A model generated the notes under the pieces. The model was not told the origin of the DNA and ran no database searches. It saw only the letters and a list, made by a program, of their open reading frames with translations. A stretch of DNA of 64,000 nucleotides from Entomortierella parvispora E1425. Its lineage: Eukaryota > Fungi > Mortierellomycota. The stretch spans positions 992,001 to 1,056,000 of the forward strand of contig BQFW01000009.1 of NCBI GenBank assembly GCA_020891255.1, read 5' to 3'. Shown here piece after piece: positions 12,189 through 27,909 of the stretch (position 1 is its first letter; every line of letters begins with the position of its first letter). The position numbers and the translations under genes were made by a program.

Positions 12189-13609
12189 ATGGGTCTCTTC
12201 AATAAGTTCTTTGGCGTGATCGAGCCCTACACCGGCGCTCCCGTCCTTGCTGCCATCTATGCCATTCTTGGCCTCGTCTTCATGATCCTCTCCGCTGGTC
12301 GCTGTAAGTGCCATTTTCCCCACTCTCCACTGCAACCCGGATATTCAGGGTACATGTTCTATAGTCTTTCGCATTACGCCTCTACTTCTTCATCACCATC
12401 CTTATCCTTCTTCACTCCCAAATCCAAATCACCCTCGCGATTATCCCCGAGTTGTGCACTTCCTTTCTCATATTGCTACACTTCCCAGCAAATCACCAGT
12501 TCCTGGACCTGGCTGAACTGAGCTCATTCACATCGAACAAACCTGCTCTGTCTCTCGGCTTGTCCCTGATGTTTGGATGGCAGCTATTACAATTACACAC
12601 ACTACCTTCCATGTCCTTGTTCCTTTCAGGATTCCTGTACGGGTCCCCTTGCAGCACAGCTATTTTTTTAAAAAAATCAAAAAAAAACGGGCAGCCTTCC
12701 TATGTCATTCTGTGCTGTACTCCGGTGAGCCCAAGAGGGCTGGAGTGAATGCATTGATTTCTCATCTGCTGTCGCCCTCCACAACTGCATCTCTTGTGCT
12801 GTCCCTGCATCATTTTTTCCCCGATTGTTTATTATTGTTTCTCTTCGAGTTGCTGAGATTCCTTCATCAGATTTCTGCTCTTTTATCAGTTTCCTCACCC
12901 ACCTTCAACTCCCACCCCCTGGTGGTGGTCTGCCTTTTGTCGTGTTTCGCGCTCTTTTACCGGGAGTCGAAAATAAGCCAAAGAACAGAAACATGACCTT
13001 ATTCAATTCCTATTCACCTTTACCTTTTTTCTATGAGGCCCTGCTGGGACCCGGGGATTGAAAACACTCTGAGACGACCAAACTTACCGAAACACTGCCA
13101 AACAGAACACTAACACTTTTTTTTCGCTTTGGTTGAAAGGGATCATGCCCCATGCCGAGTCTGATCTCTCCATCCCCTGGGCCGTTGTCTGCTTCTTGTT
13201 GCTCCTCACCGGTGTCTACGGCTACTGGGCCACCACCCGCGGCAGCACCTGGCACCATCGCCAGTTCGTCTCCGCCTCCTGGGGATTCTTGCTCATGTTC
13301 TTGTGCTGGGCTATTGTTTACATTGCTGTAGAGGATCACCACGTTGAGAAGGTCAACGACGGCTGCATGGCCCACAACCCTTCGTGGGGTTTGAAGAAGT
13401 GCGATGACCGTCGCAAGACTGCTTCCTTGATCGCCACCATCCTTGTCACCATCGGCATGGTCCTTGGCTTCTACCTTACCTTGGTTGTCTCCAAGTGGGT
13501 CACTGCCATCGAGTGGGCTGAGCATCTCGAGGAGGAGCGTCGTTTGGAGGAGTACCGCAGTGGACACACTCAGGAGAAGTTCGCCATTCAGGCCGAGGAG
13601 GCTGTTTAA
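12189..13609 (+). CDS. Multi-pass membrane protein of unknown function (2 exons, 836-nt intron 12304-13139)
   Basis: Exon 1 ends CGC T|GTAAGT; CACTAAC branch then AAAG|GG ATC ATG gives SAGRWIMPHAE in frame. About 4 hydrophobic helices and a Cys pair in a luminal loop. Confidence 0.75.
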
Positions 13610-13794
13610 AAATGGAGGAATATAATCTTTCCTCATTCCTTCTTTTTAATCCCCCCCACTTTTTTCATATCTCTACCGTAATCAGTCTTCATATTAAAAA
13701 AATTCGTATCTATGGCCACTGTATCTACTGTACTACGAAAGCGTCAGTTCGAGCCCGCTGTCAAAAGTCTGCACTATGCCACTTTGTTGACAGA

Positions 13795-15583
13795 TCAAAG
13801 AAGGAGGGCCTGTTCCTCCAACATAGCTCTCACGGGTTCCCAGTCTTCAAGGACCGTGGTCTTCCAGTTGCTAATAGCTGCACGAATCGCGGGACGACCC
13901 GCCCAAACAGTGGGGGAGAAATAAGCAACACCGGTCTTGTTCATTCTTCCGAGAAGAGTGGCGTTCCTCTGCTCTAGTTCCTTGTTTGAGACGGATGAGG
14001 AAGAGCAGGTTCTCTCGAATACGACAATGTTCAGGGGACAATCCTCTGTCAAGACCGTGTACAGTTCGGGTCGGGAACGCATCCAGTCATACATGGTCTT
14101 TGCAAAGGCACAATTCTCCTCCACGATGGCGCGGTAGCCTTCACGACCATAGGCTCTGAGGGTTGCCCAGACAGGCAAGGCTCTAAACCGCTGAGAGTTC
14201 TCGATGGAAATGTTCATGGGGTGAGAAAAGTGGGCATCCGCTGAAGAAGGTCGGAGGTACGCGGCCGAGGACGAAAAGAGTGGCTCCATAATGGACTTTT
14301 CAAGCGAACGGCGATAAAGGAAGAAGCCGCAATCATAAGGCACATTCATCCACTTGTGGCCGCAAGCTGTCGAGTTGAACAAAAAAAAAAAAAAATCGTC
14401 AGAACATTTGCCAAACTCATTGTTGCTTCACATCCAGATATAGGATTCATTTCTCGCCAACGAACCTGTAATGCTGTGTGCCAGCTCTAGACCGTCAGCC
14501 AACTGAGCGTACTTTGGCGAGCAACGAGCGAAGATACCAAAGGCTCCGTCAATATGAAAATAGCAATTGTATGTTTGACAAATCTCGGCCACCTTGCGCG
14601 TGTTGTTGGGGAAGATACCCTATGAGACACGATTGCTCACAATATCAGTCGACATTCAAACCAAACCCTGAGCTCATTGCAACCAAAATGAATCTTCCGC
14701 ATTAAAGACTTACAGTATTAACCTCCCCAAAGGCCAGGAACACCATAACGGCCTTGCCGGCCGCCTGCTGCTTCTTCACTTCGGCTTCCAGCTCTTCTTC
14801 TTTGCCGTCCTTTCCATTGCCCATTCCCATTGAAGGAACCTCGATGACTTGCTTTCGTCCAATGCCCAGGATACTTGCGGCCTTCCACACAGTGGCATGA
14901 GCCATGTTGGTCACGACCACTACCTGTCCGTCATATCCGTCCTGTGAGTAGTCAACCCCTCGAACATGGATCCCAAGCCATTGCCGACCCACCCCCATTC
15001 CCACCAGGTTCGAGGCCGTAGAGCCCGTAGTGGTCATTGCTCTAAACAGGTGGTCGCCTCCGCCGGAAACAGGGCCGCCGCGACCTCCCAGAGGTCCGTC
15101 TGTTTCTCTGGGCAAAAGGAATAGATCCAGGACCATCTGCATGGCCTGATCCGTGATCAAACTATAACCTGACATGGCCTCCTCTGAATGCAGGATTGTG
15201 TTTTGGTCATAGAGACTGACGATCCAGTCCGCCACCAAAGCAGCTGGGGTGACGCCACCAATGACAAGACCAAAGTACCGAGGACCTGCGCAGTTGGACA
15301 GAGAGGGCCCAACCCTTTGCAAGAGTTCGTCCAAGGTCGACTCGAGTCCAACCCCGGTGCCATCAGATAGCTTTAGGGTGAGAAAATCCCGCGTGGCAGG
15401 GTCAAGAGATTCGAGGTCAGAGGACGAGAAAGAGCTCGAGTTGATGGAAGTAGGGAAAGGCGACTGAGCAAGCGTTTCGCGACCAGTGGGCAAGCTGGAC
15501 TCTGCCGTGATCCGCGTTGCCGCGTGCTGGGCTACCAGAGAGAAACAGGAGGCGAGAGTGTCAGTGTCGTAGGGAAGAGACAT
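13795..15583 (-). CDS. Group II PLP-dependent decarboxylase (aromatic amino acid/glutamate decarboxylase-like), 3 exons
   Basis: GPRYFGLVIGG, TTTGSTASNL, HIDGAFG (middle exon ~14447-14619), CGHKWMNVPYDCG (PLP lysine) and RFRALPVW motifs. Confidence 0.85.
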
Positions 15584-16120
15584 TGCGACAATAAGAGTTG
15601 AGGAAGGAGATGATGCAACATGTCCATTCATCCGTTCATCTCGTTTTCTCGCGCTGTCAGGAACAGTCACCCTCCCCACTCCGCAGTCGTTCCTACGCCC
15701 ACAGATCGCAAAACACGAAACCGCCTGATATTCTTCACCAATGGTGAATGCCGGAGCACCCTGACTCAGAAAACGCTGCTTTCTTATCAAAACTGCCACT
15801 TTTGAAGACCTGGGACCCCGGCAGTACTAGTAAACCCGCCATCGAGGCGGTATGGGTTTGTTGTAGGGGATGCGTCCGTTTAATTTGCTTTTATTCTCGT
15901 TCCCTCGTTGGATCCTCTATTACCAAAGGTTCATCCAAAGGACCGTAACTAGTTTTCTTTGTTTTTGACATTTTTTTGTTCTCATTCTCTTTTCTCTCCC
16001 GGTTCTCAACGAACACAAAAGGTGTTGCGACAAGAATCAGGGTATAACAAAACTGGTTTCCCAGTAGGAGGCACTGCGACAAACTTGGGCAGGTGTTCCA
16101 TAGAGTCAAGCCAATGGCTT

Positions 16121-18946
<2,826 letters not shown>

Positions 18947-19144
18947 TTAATGGAGCTCTAGAGTCTTTTACATATCATATGGGCATAGATGGATGTTTCG
19001 AATAATTTATCTGTGAATACTTTTATACGACAAAACTTTCCAGACTAGTACCATTTGAGAGCCTGGGTGCGAATCAAGGTGATGAGATCGTGAGGATCGG
19101 TGTTCATGGCCAAGGAGGCAGTGATAGTTCCTTGTTGCTATTGC

Positions 19145-20413
19145 TCAATCACGATCAAACTTGCTCAGCAAAGGTGACACGACAACACGCAGGTTTGCGA
19201 TCTCGTTGATAGCCCTGACCACCTGTGGACGCATCCAAACGTGGTCATCCAGCTCAAGTTGACGGAGACGCCTCATCGCCCGCCACTGCTCAATCAGTGG
19301 CTCCAGATCGTCAGTTCCAGCCACAATCCCAACCGATGCCATGTCCAGGAACTCGAGGCGATCCTTGCATGCCCAAGGCTCTTTGTTCGAGAAGGCGGCG
19401 ATAGACACCTTGCGACAACCCTTAACTTTTAACTCGCGGAGCTCTGCAGATTTCTCGAGCACCTGCTTCAAGCCTTCCCCCGTCAATCGAGTGCACCCTG
19501 TCAAATCTAATCTCGCGAGATGTGGGCATTGACTAGCCAAAGTTGCCACAGCCGTATCCTGCACTAACGTGAAAGAGATGTCGAGGTCGAGAAGTGATGA
19601 ACAACTCTTGAAAACTTGCTCAAAGGCCGTCGTTGAAAAACTTTTTGAGTTCCGTAGACCCAGTCGCTCCAAACGAGGGCAGCTCTGGGCGATGGTATGC
19701 AATATACCATTCGTGTTGGCGTTGCTCAGCAGAGTTAACGCTGTCAGTGATGGACATTTCTTCAAAAGTCGACCGAGAGCTTCAGCAGACATGAAGGTCG
19801 ATATCAATTGCAACTCTCGCAGCTTCAGAGCGGAGGGATGCCTTTGCAACTGTAGAAGATGTACATGCGACAGATCAGGGCCTTTGATTTCGAGTATTTT
19901 GAGTTCCGGAAAACGAGTCAGGAGGTGGACCAGATGTTCTTCACGCCAGTCTCCCTGGCCCCGCTCTTGTGTAGGAACAATAACCTCCAGTCGAGAGAGG
20001 CAAGTCAACCTCGAGAGTTTTTCGACAATGCTACTCTTTACCCCAGGGCAGCGATCCAAGGTCAGACTTTCGATGAGAAGACTACCAACACAGAGAACTT
20101 CCAAGGTTCCAGGCGTCATCGCGCAGTGTCTCAAGGAGAGAGTCTGCAGATTGGGGCATTGCTGAGCAATGAATCGCGCATCGCCGCCGATTAATCTGTG
20201 TGTTGCTTCCAGATGGCGAATCATGGAAGCATGCGCATCAAAGATAGCGTGGTGTTCGCCATAGAGTTCTGCTGTGAAGAAGCACGTTTTCCACAGAAAA
20301 GGAATGCAGATCTTGGACCAGGTGTGGCAGACAAGAGAGGCGGCTAGAAGCGTGCTCTTGTCCATCTGACTGCAGATAATTGTCAAGAGTTCGGGGATGT
20401 TAACAGGATTCAT
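19145..20413 (-). CDS. F-box/LRR protein (422 aa, FBXL-like repeats)
   Basis: MNPVNIPELL..AASLVCHTW F-box, regular CPxLxxLxLxxC repeats and WACKDRLEFL motif. Confidence 0.9.
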   Translation of the reverse strand: MNPVNIPELLTIICSQMDKSTLLAASLVCHTWSKICIPFLWKTCFFTAELYGEHHAIFDAHASMIRHLEATHRLIGGDARFIAQQCPNLQTLSLRHCAMTPGTLEVLCVGSLLIESLTLDRCPGVKSSIVEKLSRLTCLSRLEVIVPTQERGQGDWREEHLVHLLTRFPELKILEIKGPDLSHVHLLQLQRHPSALKLRELQLISTFMSAEALGRLLKKCPSLTALTLLSNANTNGILHTIAQSCPRLERLGLRNSKSFSTTAFEQVFKSCSSLLDLDISFTLVQDTAVATLASQCPHLARLDLTGCTRLTGEGLKQVLEKSAELRELKVKGCRKVSIAAFSNKEPWACKDRLEFLDMASVGIVAGTDDLEPLIEQWRAMRRLRQLELDDHVWMRPQVVRAINEIANLRVVVSPLLSKFDRD

Positions 20414-21344
20414 ACTAGTGGATGTTGAACTTGGGTTGTTGAAGAGAAAGGTATGAGGGGAAGAGGGTCGAGGAAAAGTAGGAGCTTTTTTTTTTTTTTT
20501 TTTTTTTTTTGCAGTTTTATCTAGCTGGTGACGCTTTCTGGCGCACCTGCGACATGCTGTCTGTGCACGATCGGCGCATGGTAGAAGCGATCAAAGTCTA
20601 CCACCAACTCGCGACTTGTCGCCAGCCCAATATGAACATCGCAAAGTATATTAAGAACGATTGAAAGGCATACAGAAATCACCGACCAAACAAAACGACC
20701 CTTGCAACCCGTACTTTCCCCCATACAACAAGTAGTCGCGTCCTTCAAGGCAGGAACCCAAATTCACTGAGTCGCGAACGCGACGCGTTTGTGTCAGAAC
20801 CTCCCTCTGATCTGGGAGATGCATGCCATGTGCGCAGGGGCACGGCTCGCTCTGCCTTGCCCGCCTTCCCTCCCTCTGGCTGCGATCCCCCTCCAGGAAT
20901 GTAATTTAAGGGGGGCCTGTCTGTCTGCATGCGACCATCAGCAGAGACCTGGCATCGAGCAAAGAGCAGAGAGCAAAGTTGGAGTCCAATAGTTGATCTT
21001 GCCCATTCCTTCGACTGAGCTGCAGGGCTGTCTGTTGAGGGCAGGCGGGTAGCACATCCTGTTTGTGCTGTCTGTTTGTAGGCTATTTGTCTCTTGCCTT
21101 GTGAGCATCCATTCCTGGCTCTGGGACAGATCAGCGCCATGCTATGGACGATCGACTATTTGGCTGAGCAGCCCCATGGTCACGCCCATACTGTTTTTTT
21201 TCTCTTTCTTGCTCTCTCCCTCTTTCTCTTCTTCCCCTCCCCTCTCTTCTCTTCTCCTCATTCTTCTCCTCACTCCCTTTTGTTTCGACTCATCCCATTG
21301 CACTTCGCTAATTCACTCCGTCCCTCACCCCATTATTTGCCTGA

Positions 21345-23249
21345 ATGCTGCACCAGCTGGACCCCTCACACAATCGCCGTCAGCACGTTCAGCAACATCA
21401 GCACACCCTGCTCCAGGACCATCTTGCCCCCCATTCGACCCCATCCTCCTCCTCCTCCGCCTCGTCTCTTTCTCCCGCCCTGCGCGCTTCCACGCCCTTC
21501 GACTCTACGTCGCAAGCACCTTCTCTTGCCACAACTCTAGGTTTCGGTCAGGACCCTGTCCAAGAAAGTTGTTCGGCGGTGCATCATTGGCCCATTCACC
21601 AAGACATGTCGGCAATGCTCGAGCCACCCTCGCCCCTGTTACTGAACCCCACCATTGTTGCATCTCAGTCGCAGCAGCCCAAGCCAAATCCGTTTCCTCC
21701 CCACCTGAGTCAATACCATGACCAAGGCATGGTCCACCCGCATCACCAGCATCTACAGCAACCCCAGCAACAGCTGCATCATCACCGCAGTGTCTTTCAG
21801 CTGCAACAGCAGTACAATAACCAAAGCAACGACGAGGGGGAGCGAGGTCGTGCAGGTGACAATGCTGCACAAGGTGTTCACCGGAAACGGAGCCATTCAG
21901 TTCCATTGTTGCAGCAGCAATTGGCTGCAGCGTCATCATCATTAGAATCATCGCACCTGCAAGAGGGGCAAGGAGGCCAAGGCCAAGAGCAAGGAGAGGG
22001 CCAAGGTGACGATGGCGACCAGGACATGGAAGGCACAGAGGACGAAGGCGTGACCACCATCACTGCAATGACTTCGGAACTGATGTCAGACGGGCCAAGG
22101 ACCAGTGGCGGCGCGACCGTCTACGACTATAGCGCGCTGGCACTGCCGAGGGAATCCCTTTTGGCGACTCTGCCCCGAACCCATCGTCATCGAGTCTACG
22201 CCTCAGGGGCAGAAAACGACCCGACATTGGTCTCTTCGGCATCAGACCAACCCCATCCACATGCACTGTATTATACGCTTCCTAGTCAAAGCCGAGCCCC
22301 GGCGCTGCGTTTCAGCAGGAACAACTTTGCCCATAACAACAACCACCACCATGGCACCAGTCTGTACCGGGAGAACAGTTATATCCGCAACAGGTTTCCC
22401 CCTTACCAGCAATGGCCGCATTCTGCGCAAAGGGACTTTCATATGGCTACCATGGGACCGCTGAATGTGAACGGAAGTCCCACCAGTGGAATAACTCGGA
22501 GTGGTCTCTTGTCACCAGCATCTGTCCTGGGGACAGACGCAGTCCTCCGATCTGCGATCGCGTCTTCGGGTAGTATCAATAAGGCAGCGACGTACAAGTC
22601 CCGTCTGCCGGTACATCTTCGACACATGACGTCCCGTTCGAATCGGAGGTCAGCGATATGTGTGAACCCATTCCAGCCAAATCAGAATGCGTCCCCCCAT
22701 CGACAACCTCAACCACAACTATCAAATATCTCGACACCTACAAATACTGTTGGGCAAACGGACACGGATCGCCTCCACCCAGCATCGGTATTGTCTCCAA
22801 GGCCATTGACTCCAATCACGACTTTTAACGCCGCAAATGTGGCGGCGGCGGCGGCGTTGGAGACGATGAATCAACGGAAACGGATATCAGACTGGAAGAG
22901 AGTGTCTGTCCAGGTATTTGACATGGACGAAAACGACCCTCGACAAGGCATCATGCGACTGAGTAATGCAGGCACCATTGGAGGCGGCACAGTTTATTCC
23001 AGCGGCTCATCCTCAAGTCTCACCAGCAGTATTAGCAGCGGGGGTGGTGGCGCGCATCCGATCAGAGGACGGCATTGGATGAATCAAAGAGCTGGATTGA
23101 TGAACCTGACTAGAGTCGGTCCTATGGGAACAGCAAAAACTTCAAACAGCCAGGGGGCTGGATCATCAGCCCAAAGCAATCTAGGAACCGGCCAGCCTAC
23201 CAGCACGGTGGATCGTCTTGTAGAAGAAATGAACAAATGGTCGGTCTAA
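21345..23249 (+). CDS. Hypothetical low-complexity Q/H/S-rich protein (634 aa)
   Basis: Long uninterrupted ORF after a CT-rich leader; no recognisable folded domain. Confidence 0.7.
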   Translation: MLHQLDPSHNRRQHVQQHQHTLLQDHLAPHSTPSSSSSASSLSPALRASTPFDSTSQAPSLATTLGFGQDPVQESCSAVHHWPIHQDMSAMLEPPSPLLLNPTIVASQSQQPKPNPFPPHLSQYHDQGMVHPHHQHLQQPQQQLHHHRSVFQLQQQYNNQSNDEGERGRAGDNAAQGVHRKRSHSVPLLQQQLAAASSSLESSHLQEGQGGQGQEQGEGQGDDGDQDMEGTEDEGVTTITAMTSELMSDGPRTSGGATVYDYSALALPRESLLATLPRTHRHRVYASGAENDPTLVSSASDQPHPHALYYTLPSQSRAPALRFSRNNFAHNNNHHHGTSLYRENSYIRNRFPPYQQWPHSAQRDFHMATMGPLNVNGSPTSGITRSGLLSPASVLGTDAVLRSAIASSGSINKAATYKSRLPVHLRHMTSRSNRRSAICVNPFQPNQNASPHRQPQPQLSNISTPTNTVGQTDTDRLHPASVLSPRPLTPITTFNAANVAAAAALETMNQRKRISDWKRVSVQVFDMDENDPRQGIMRLSNAGTIGGGTVYSSGSSSSLTSSISSGGGGAHPIRGRHWMNQRAGLMNLTRVGPMGTAKTSNSQGAGSSAQSNLGTGQPTSTVDRLVEEMNKWSV

Positions 23250-23410
23250 TAACGATCCAATGTAGCATTAACTTACTATTTGACTTGGAACCTTCACAAC
23301 TTGTACATAAATTTGAAGTGGTCCATGACATTCTTTGTTCGCAGAACTACTGAATTGAGCTATGACTTTATTCGTACAGAATGGCTTTTGCAAAATGTGA
23401 GGAGGTTTGC

Positions 23411-26346
23411 CTATAGTTTATCAGCGGTACAGCAGCTGACACCCTCGACATTGCCCGAACTGCAGTCATCGATGTTAGAGGGCGCCGGGTCGCTCAAGGG
23501 ATGCGTCGAAGCACTGTCGGAGGAAGGCTCGAGAAGTCCAACACGGGATCGCATCTCAGAATAAAAGATCAAGTCCTCGTGCACCCCGTTGCCTTGGCAG
23601 TACGCCGAGGGCGGATCAGTCGATACATCCGACGATGGCTCGCCATCCTTGCGATTCATCTGATTTGGGTACAGGCGCGTTTGTGATGACTGAGACAGCG
23701 GCAGATGTTGCATATGAAGCATGTACTCGTTTGCCCCAAGTGCACGTCGCGCTTCTGCGTAATCCGAGCTTGTGGGAGAGCTCTGCTGCACGACATTAAA
23801 TTGATCTTGATCCACAGTGCTCCAGTCAAAAGTGTTGATCGGGAACTCTTGCGATTCTGGAGCGGGCGAAAAGGTCTGGGGGTCAAGCGGCGATTCTTCT
23901 TTCAGATGCTCACGCTGGTATGGCGGATCACCTGACTCTTCCGGTGTCGCTGGAAAAGATTTGGTGCCAGCTTGAAGTTGATCAGTCGGACCGAAATATT
24001 CAATAGATGTCTCCATCGTTTGGGGTCCGTCCGCAGTATCTACCAAGGTCGGAGCTGAGACTGCGACGTCAAAGTTCTCGCTTTTCACTTCACAAGACTC
24101 AAATGGACTACCACTTAAAGTATTTTCGGGCTCGCCACACGCAGCAAAAGAGCAACATTCGCAGGGTCCAGAAGTTGACGGCATTCCTTCCATAATGGGA
24201 GCCTCTACTTGATGTGGGATATCGGAGGAATACCAGACCTGCGGATGAAATGTGACATTTTGGCTTGAGGACATTAATCCGGCAGTATGAAAGGGCATTT
24301 GCTGGTGCAGCGACGCGCCAATGTGGTATTCAGTGGCTGGGTCAACGTCGGGACATATGTGAGAAGCACCTTTTTGAATTGGGCGACTGTACTGAGATTC
24401 GTAATAATCATCTGGTCTGTACCGGGCGTCTGACACTTGATGGACATTTCCAAAGTCTTCGCGGTCATTGTAGTTGGCATGATGTGCCAAGCCCCATGCA
24501 GCAAGATCCTCCGAATGACTAGAGTCCGAGTTTCTTCCAGAACTTGAACCCGGGTAAAGAAAGGCGAGTGTGCGAGAGGTCTGGGACGAACCTAGGCTGT
24601 GATTCGAGTCATGGCGAAAATATCCTTCCTGGACACTGGACAGCCTATCCGGGACCAAGTCGTACTCCAAAGATGGTGAGAAAGAGCGGTGGGCACCACT
24701 CTTGGCCAACTGGGAAGAGGGATAGGATTCGGCCGTCGTTACTGGCACATGCGAGTGCAAAAGATTTGATCCCTGCCTCATCTCATCAGTGTCTGGTATG
24801 GACGGAAACATGCCTCTTCTTGGCTGCCTCTTCGATAAGGAGCGGAAGTAAGGTGCAGTTCTCGATGCCCTCTCCTGCCGCAGGTTTTGTATTCGCCTCT
24901 GAACGTTACGCGTAAGATATGGGTGGCCTGCCACATCATAGGCATCATATGCATCCGTGGAAACCATGGGAGTGTCCTCGTTCTTGTATCGGTCTGGTTC
25001 CGGGCAGGCGAAGCTCTGTTCTTGAGGTGGATAACCTTGGTTGGAACGATGAAAGCCATCATCTTCTACTTGTTCTCTGCCGTCTGGCTCAGCCTCATCG
25101 TCGTCGGCGTAATCCTCGGCATCAGAGAGCTCTGATGAACCATCCTCATATTCGAGATCCAGACGCCTTTTCACATCGACCGTCCGTGCTTCTGTTTTTG
25201 CGTCCTTGCTTCCTTTTGGAGTTGTTCTTTGAGTGTGCTCCGAGATACGGTCAGCGGTGACATATTCATCAAACGGGTCAAAAATACCATCGGCCGATGG
25301 TGGAGGACGAATCTCGATTGGGTTTCTGTATTTCTGAGTGATGATAAAGCTCTTGCTCAGAGTAAGATCGCGAAGCTCCTTATAGTCTCGAGGACGATGG
25401 AGGTTTTCCATGGCTTATTAATGATCAAGAAAGTCGCCTAGAGTTAGAGTCTGCATCCTCCAAGGTAGGAAACCTCCTTGGCTTCAAATACAAGAGTGAA
25501 ATTACCTCCAGACTTCTCATAACAAACCAAGTGCTGCATATCACCGACCGCAAACCCTGGAGGGTAGCCGTTTTTGCTACAACTCTTCCCCTGGAGTTTC
25601 TGGAGCTCGTGTGGCATCGGCACCGTCGCACCCTTGACACAGATAGTCTTCTTGATGAGGCCATCCTTCTTGAGAATAAACGTTCCTTTCACGCAGCCCA
25701 TGACAGTAAGACCATCCTCCTCGACTTTTTGCTTCAGCAACTTGTCCTTGAGTGCTGCTCCATTTTTCATTCGAGCCTTGTCCGCTGGGGTGTGACACTT
25801 TTGATTCGGAACCTTTCGCAAGAGCTCTCGGTAAACCAAAAAGTTTCCACAGATTCTGGAAGGTGACCAGATCCGACCATCTGTCCAGCGATAGATACCA
25901 GACTCACCCTCATCAAAGACAAACACCGAACCTGGCATGATCAAAGGTGTTTGTTTTGGCGCGCCAGTGTCCTTGGACGTTGCTGTTGAGTTTGCTCCCG
26001 AGCCATCGACTTGCTGGTCATCTTTCGACTCTGACGATGAAGACAAATGTGCTGGATCACCGCGCTCAGCTGCCAAGAGCCGCCGAGTGAGTGTAGGCAA
26101 AATGCCCTGGCGGCAGCCCTCAAGGATTATGAGGGCATCAAGGGTGTCGTCAATCCTGCCTGTGAAGTGAAAAGGGAATAAATGACGATCAGTGTCCGCG
26201 TGACATCCGTGTCCACGAAGCTGCCCACAACGACACACGTAAACAAATACTCCGAGCGCGCACCAATCCCCAGAGAGGGGCTCGAGCGGCTGTACCCTTT
26301 GGCCTTCACCGTTTGCCGTCTACTTACCATGGAATGCCTTAGCCAT
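23411..26346 (-). CDS. Gti1/Pac2 (WOPR) family transcription factor, 3 exons
   Basis: A 19-nt first exon (26328-26346) splices to give MAKAFHGRIDDTLDALIILEGCRQG. WOPR motifs PGSVFVFDE..GIYRWTDGRIWSPSRICGNFLVYREL, LIKKTICV, HLVCYE. Intron 25414-25505 joins to a long disordered tail. Confidence 0.9.
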
Positions 26347-26997
26347 TGTCCCGCTTCAACTTGACCGCGCAGAAGATACGAGTACACTATATCAGTGTCC
26401 ACAGGGCCGCCCTGTTTTTGGGTAGTCTCAGCCCCGTACTTCTTTCTGCAGTTCTGGTGAAAAAGAAGAACCCAAAGAGACAGCTAGCTCTGGGATCAGA
26501 GATAGAGTAGTCGACGTTGTATTAGTCTCGACGATGATTATTAAAGTATGGCCTGGCACTGCGCTGCAAAAACGTGGCCCAAGCGTACACTTGTTGCAGA
26601 TTGCTGTGTAGTGACAATGTGATGTAATGAATAAATCTCAAGAGTGTGGGAATGAGAGTAGGACGCAGAAGGGACGATGCGAGAAAAGGCAGAAAGAAAG
26701 AAGGTGCTTGCCGGGAGCAGAGCAAAGTCAGAGCAGAGAAGTCCGAGTCAGAAGCAAAAAGAACAGAGTGATCGTCTCTGTTTTCTTCTCATCCTACTGA
26801 TGTACTGATCGCCGGGTGTGTGCTTCAGATCATTACTGTACCCATCTGCCACGCCATCTGCGTTTTTGAATGCATCCCTCTTGGCGCTCATACTTTATTG
26901 ATACACTATCTACATGGAATGGACAATAGTCAAGAGAACAGACACGGCTGTCGCTAGCGGCCCAAAAGTGCCTCCAATCTGAAAGTCACTCCTATCT

Positions 26998-27543
26998 CTA
27001 GTTTGGGGGCAAAAGCTCATCATAGTCGGGCTCGCCACTTGCAAAACCTGGAGGGTTCTGACCAGGTCGACTGGCTCCTGTACCACGACTGGAGAATTCT
27101 TGGCGAGAGCCTTCGGGCATGATGGGATCAAATCGAGCACCCTGGGGCACCGCACCAGGTGGCAAGAACGCATGGTTATCAGGTCCAGCTCGGAAGGGTC
27201 CATTGTTGCCAGTGTTGGCGCGGCCACCTGAGTAAGGAGTAGATGGATCATGGCGGAGGCCTGGACCAGAAAGTGGGAGCCTTCCACTACCATCAGGACC
27301 GCCAATGATACTGGAAGTCCCTCCGTGTGGGTTGTGGTGAGCATTTTGAGAAGAATCGGCCAGCATTGGTTGGCTTTGGCTGGCACTACCATGCCATGAG
27401 GGATTATCGGGGGTCAACACCATGTCTCCGCCGCGATTGTTCGCTGGGTTAACTGCCTGCTGAAGAGGGTTCCCGCCTGACGATGAGGTTTTGTTGCCAC
27501 CAAAGGCAGGCATACGATCGCTGCTACCGAGGTTGAAGGACAT
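26998..27543 (-). CDS. PI31/PSMF1-like proteasome inhibitor, C-terminal proline-rich part only
   Basis: LPPGAVPQGARFDPI and GEPDYDELLPP match the PI31 C-terminal signature. No N-terminal FP domain is visible. Confidence 0.7.
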   Translation of the reverse strand: MSFNLGSSDRMPAFGGNKTSSSGGNPLQQAVNPANNRGGDMVLTPDNPSWHGSASQSQPMLADSSQNAHHNPHGGTSSIIGGPDGSGRLPLSGPGLRHDPSTPYSGGRANTGNNGPFRAGPDNHAFLPPGAVPQGARFDPIMPEGSRQEFSSRGTGASRPGQNPPGFASGEPDYDELLPPN

Positions 27544-27909
27544 ATTTCCACTTGTATTCCGTTATCTTGCTTGGAGTTTGGGGTTGGGATTTCTTGAAGA
27601 GGTAATGTGTTGAAAGATGTGATGAATGAGAGGATGGTATGGAGAAGACAGAAGAACAAAGCCATGCTTGACGCAAAGTCGACTTTAAACTGAGGTGCTT
27701 GAAAATGCAAGACATTTGGGAGACACTTTGCCACCAATCCTGAAAGTGTGGCTGCGACCGGAGCGTCGGACACGTACGTTGCCCCTTTCTGTTGTACGTG
27801 AAAGCCAAAGACGCTTTTTTTTCGGCGCTCCTCCGCCTCCCAGCTGCCCTCACTCTTTTGCAGCACTCACACACTCTCTCGCCTTTACCCAACTACGACA
27901 AATCGCACC

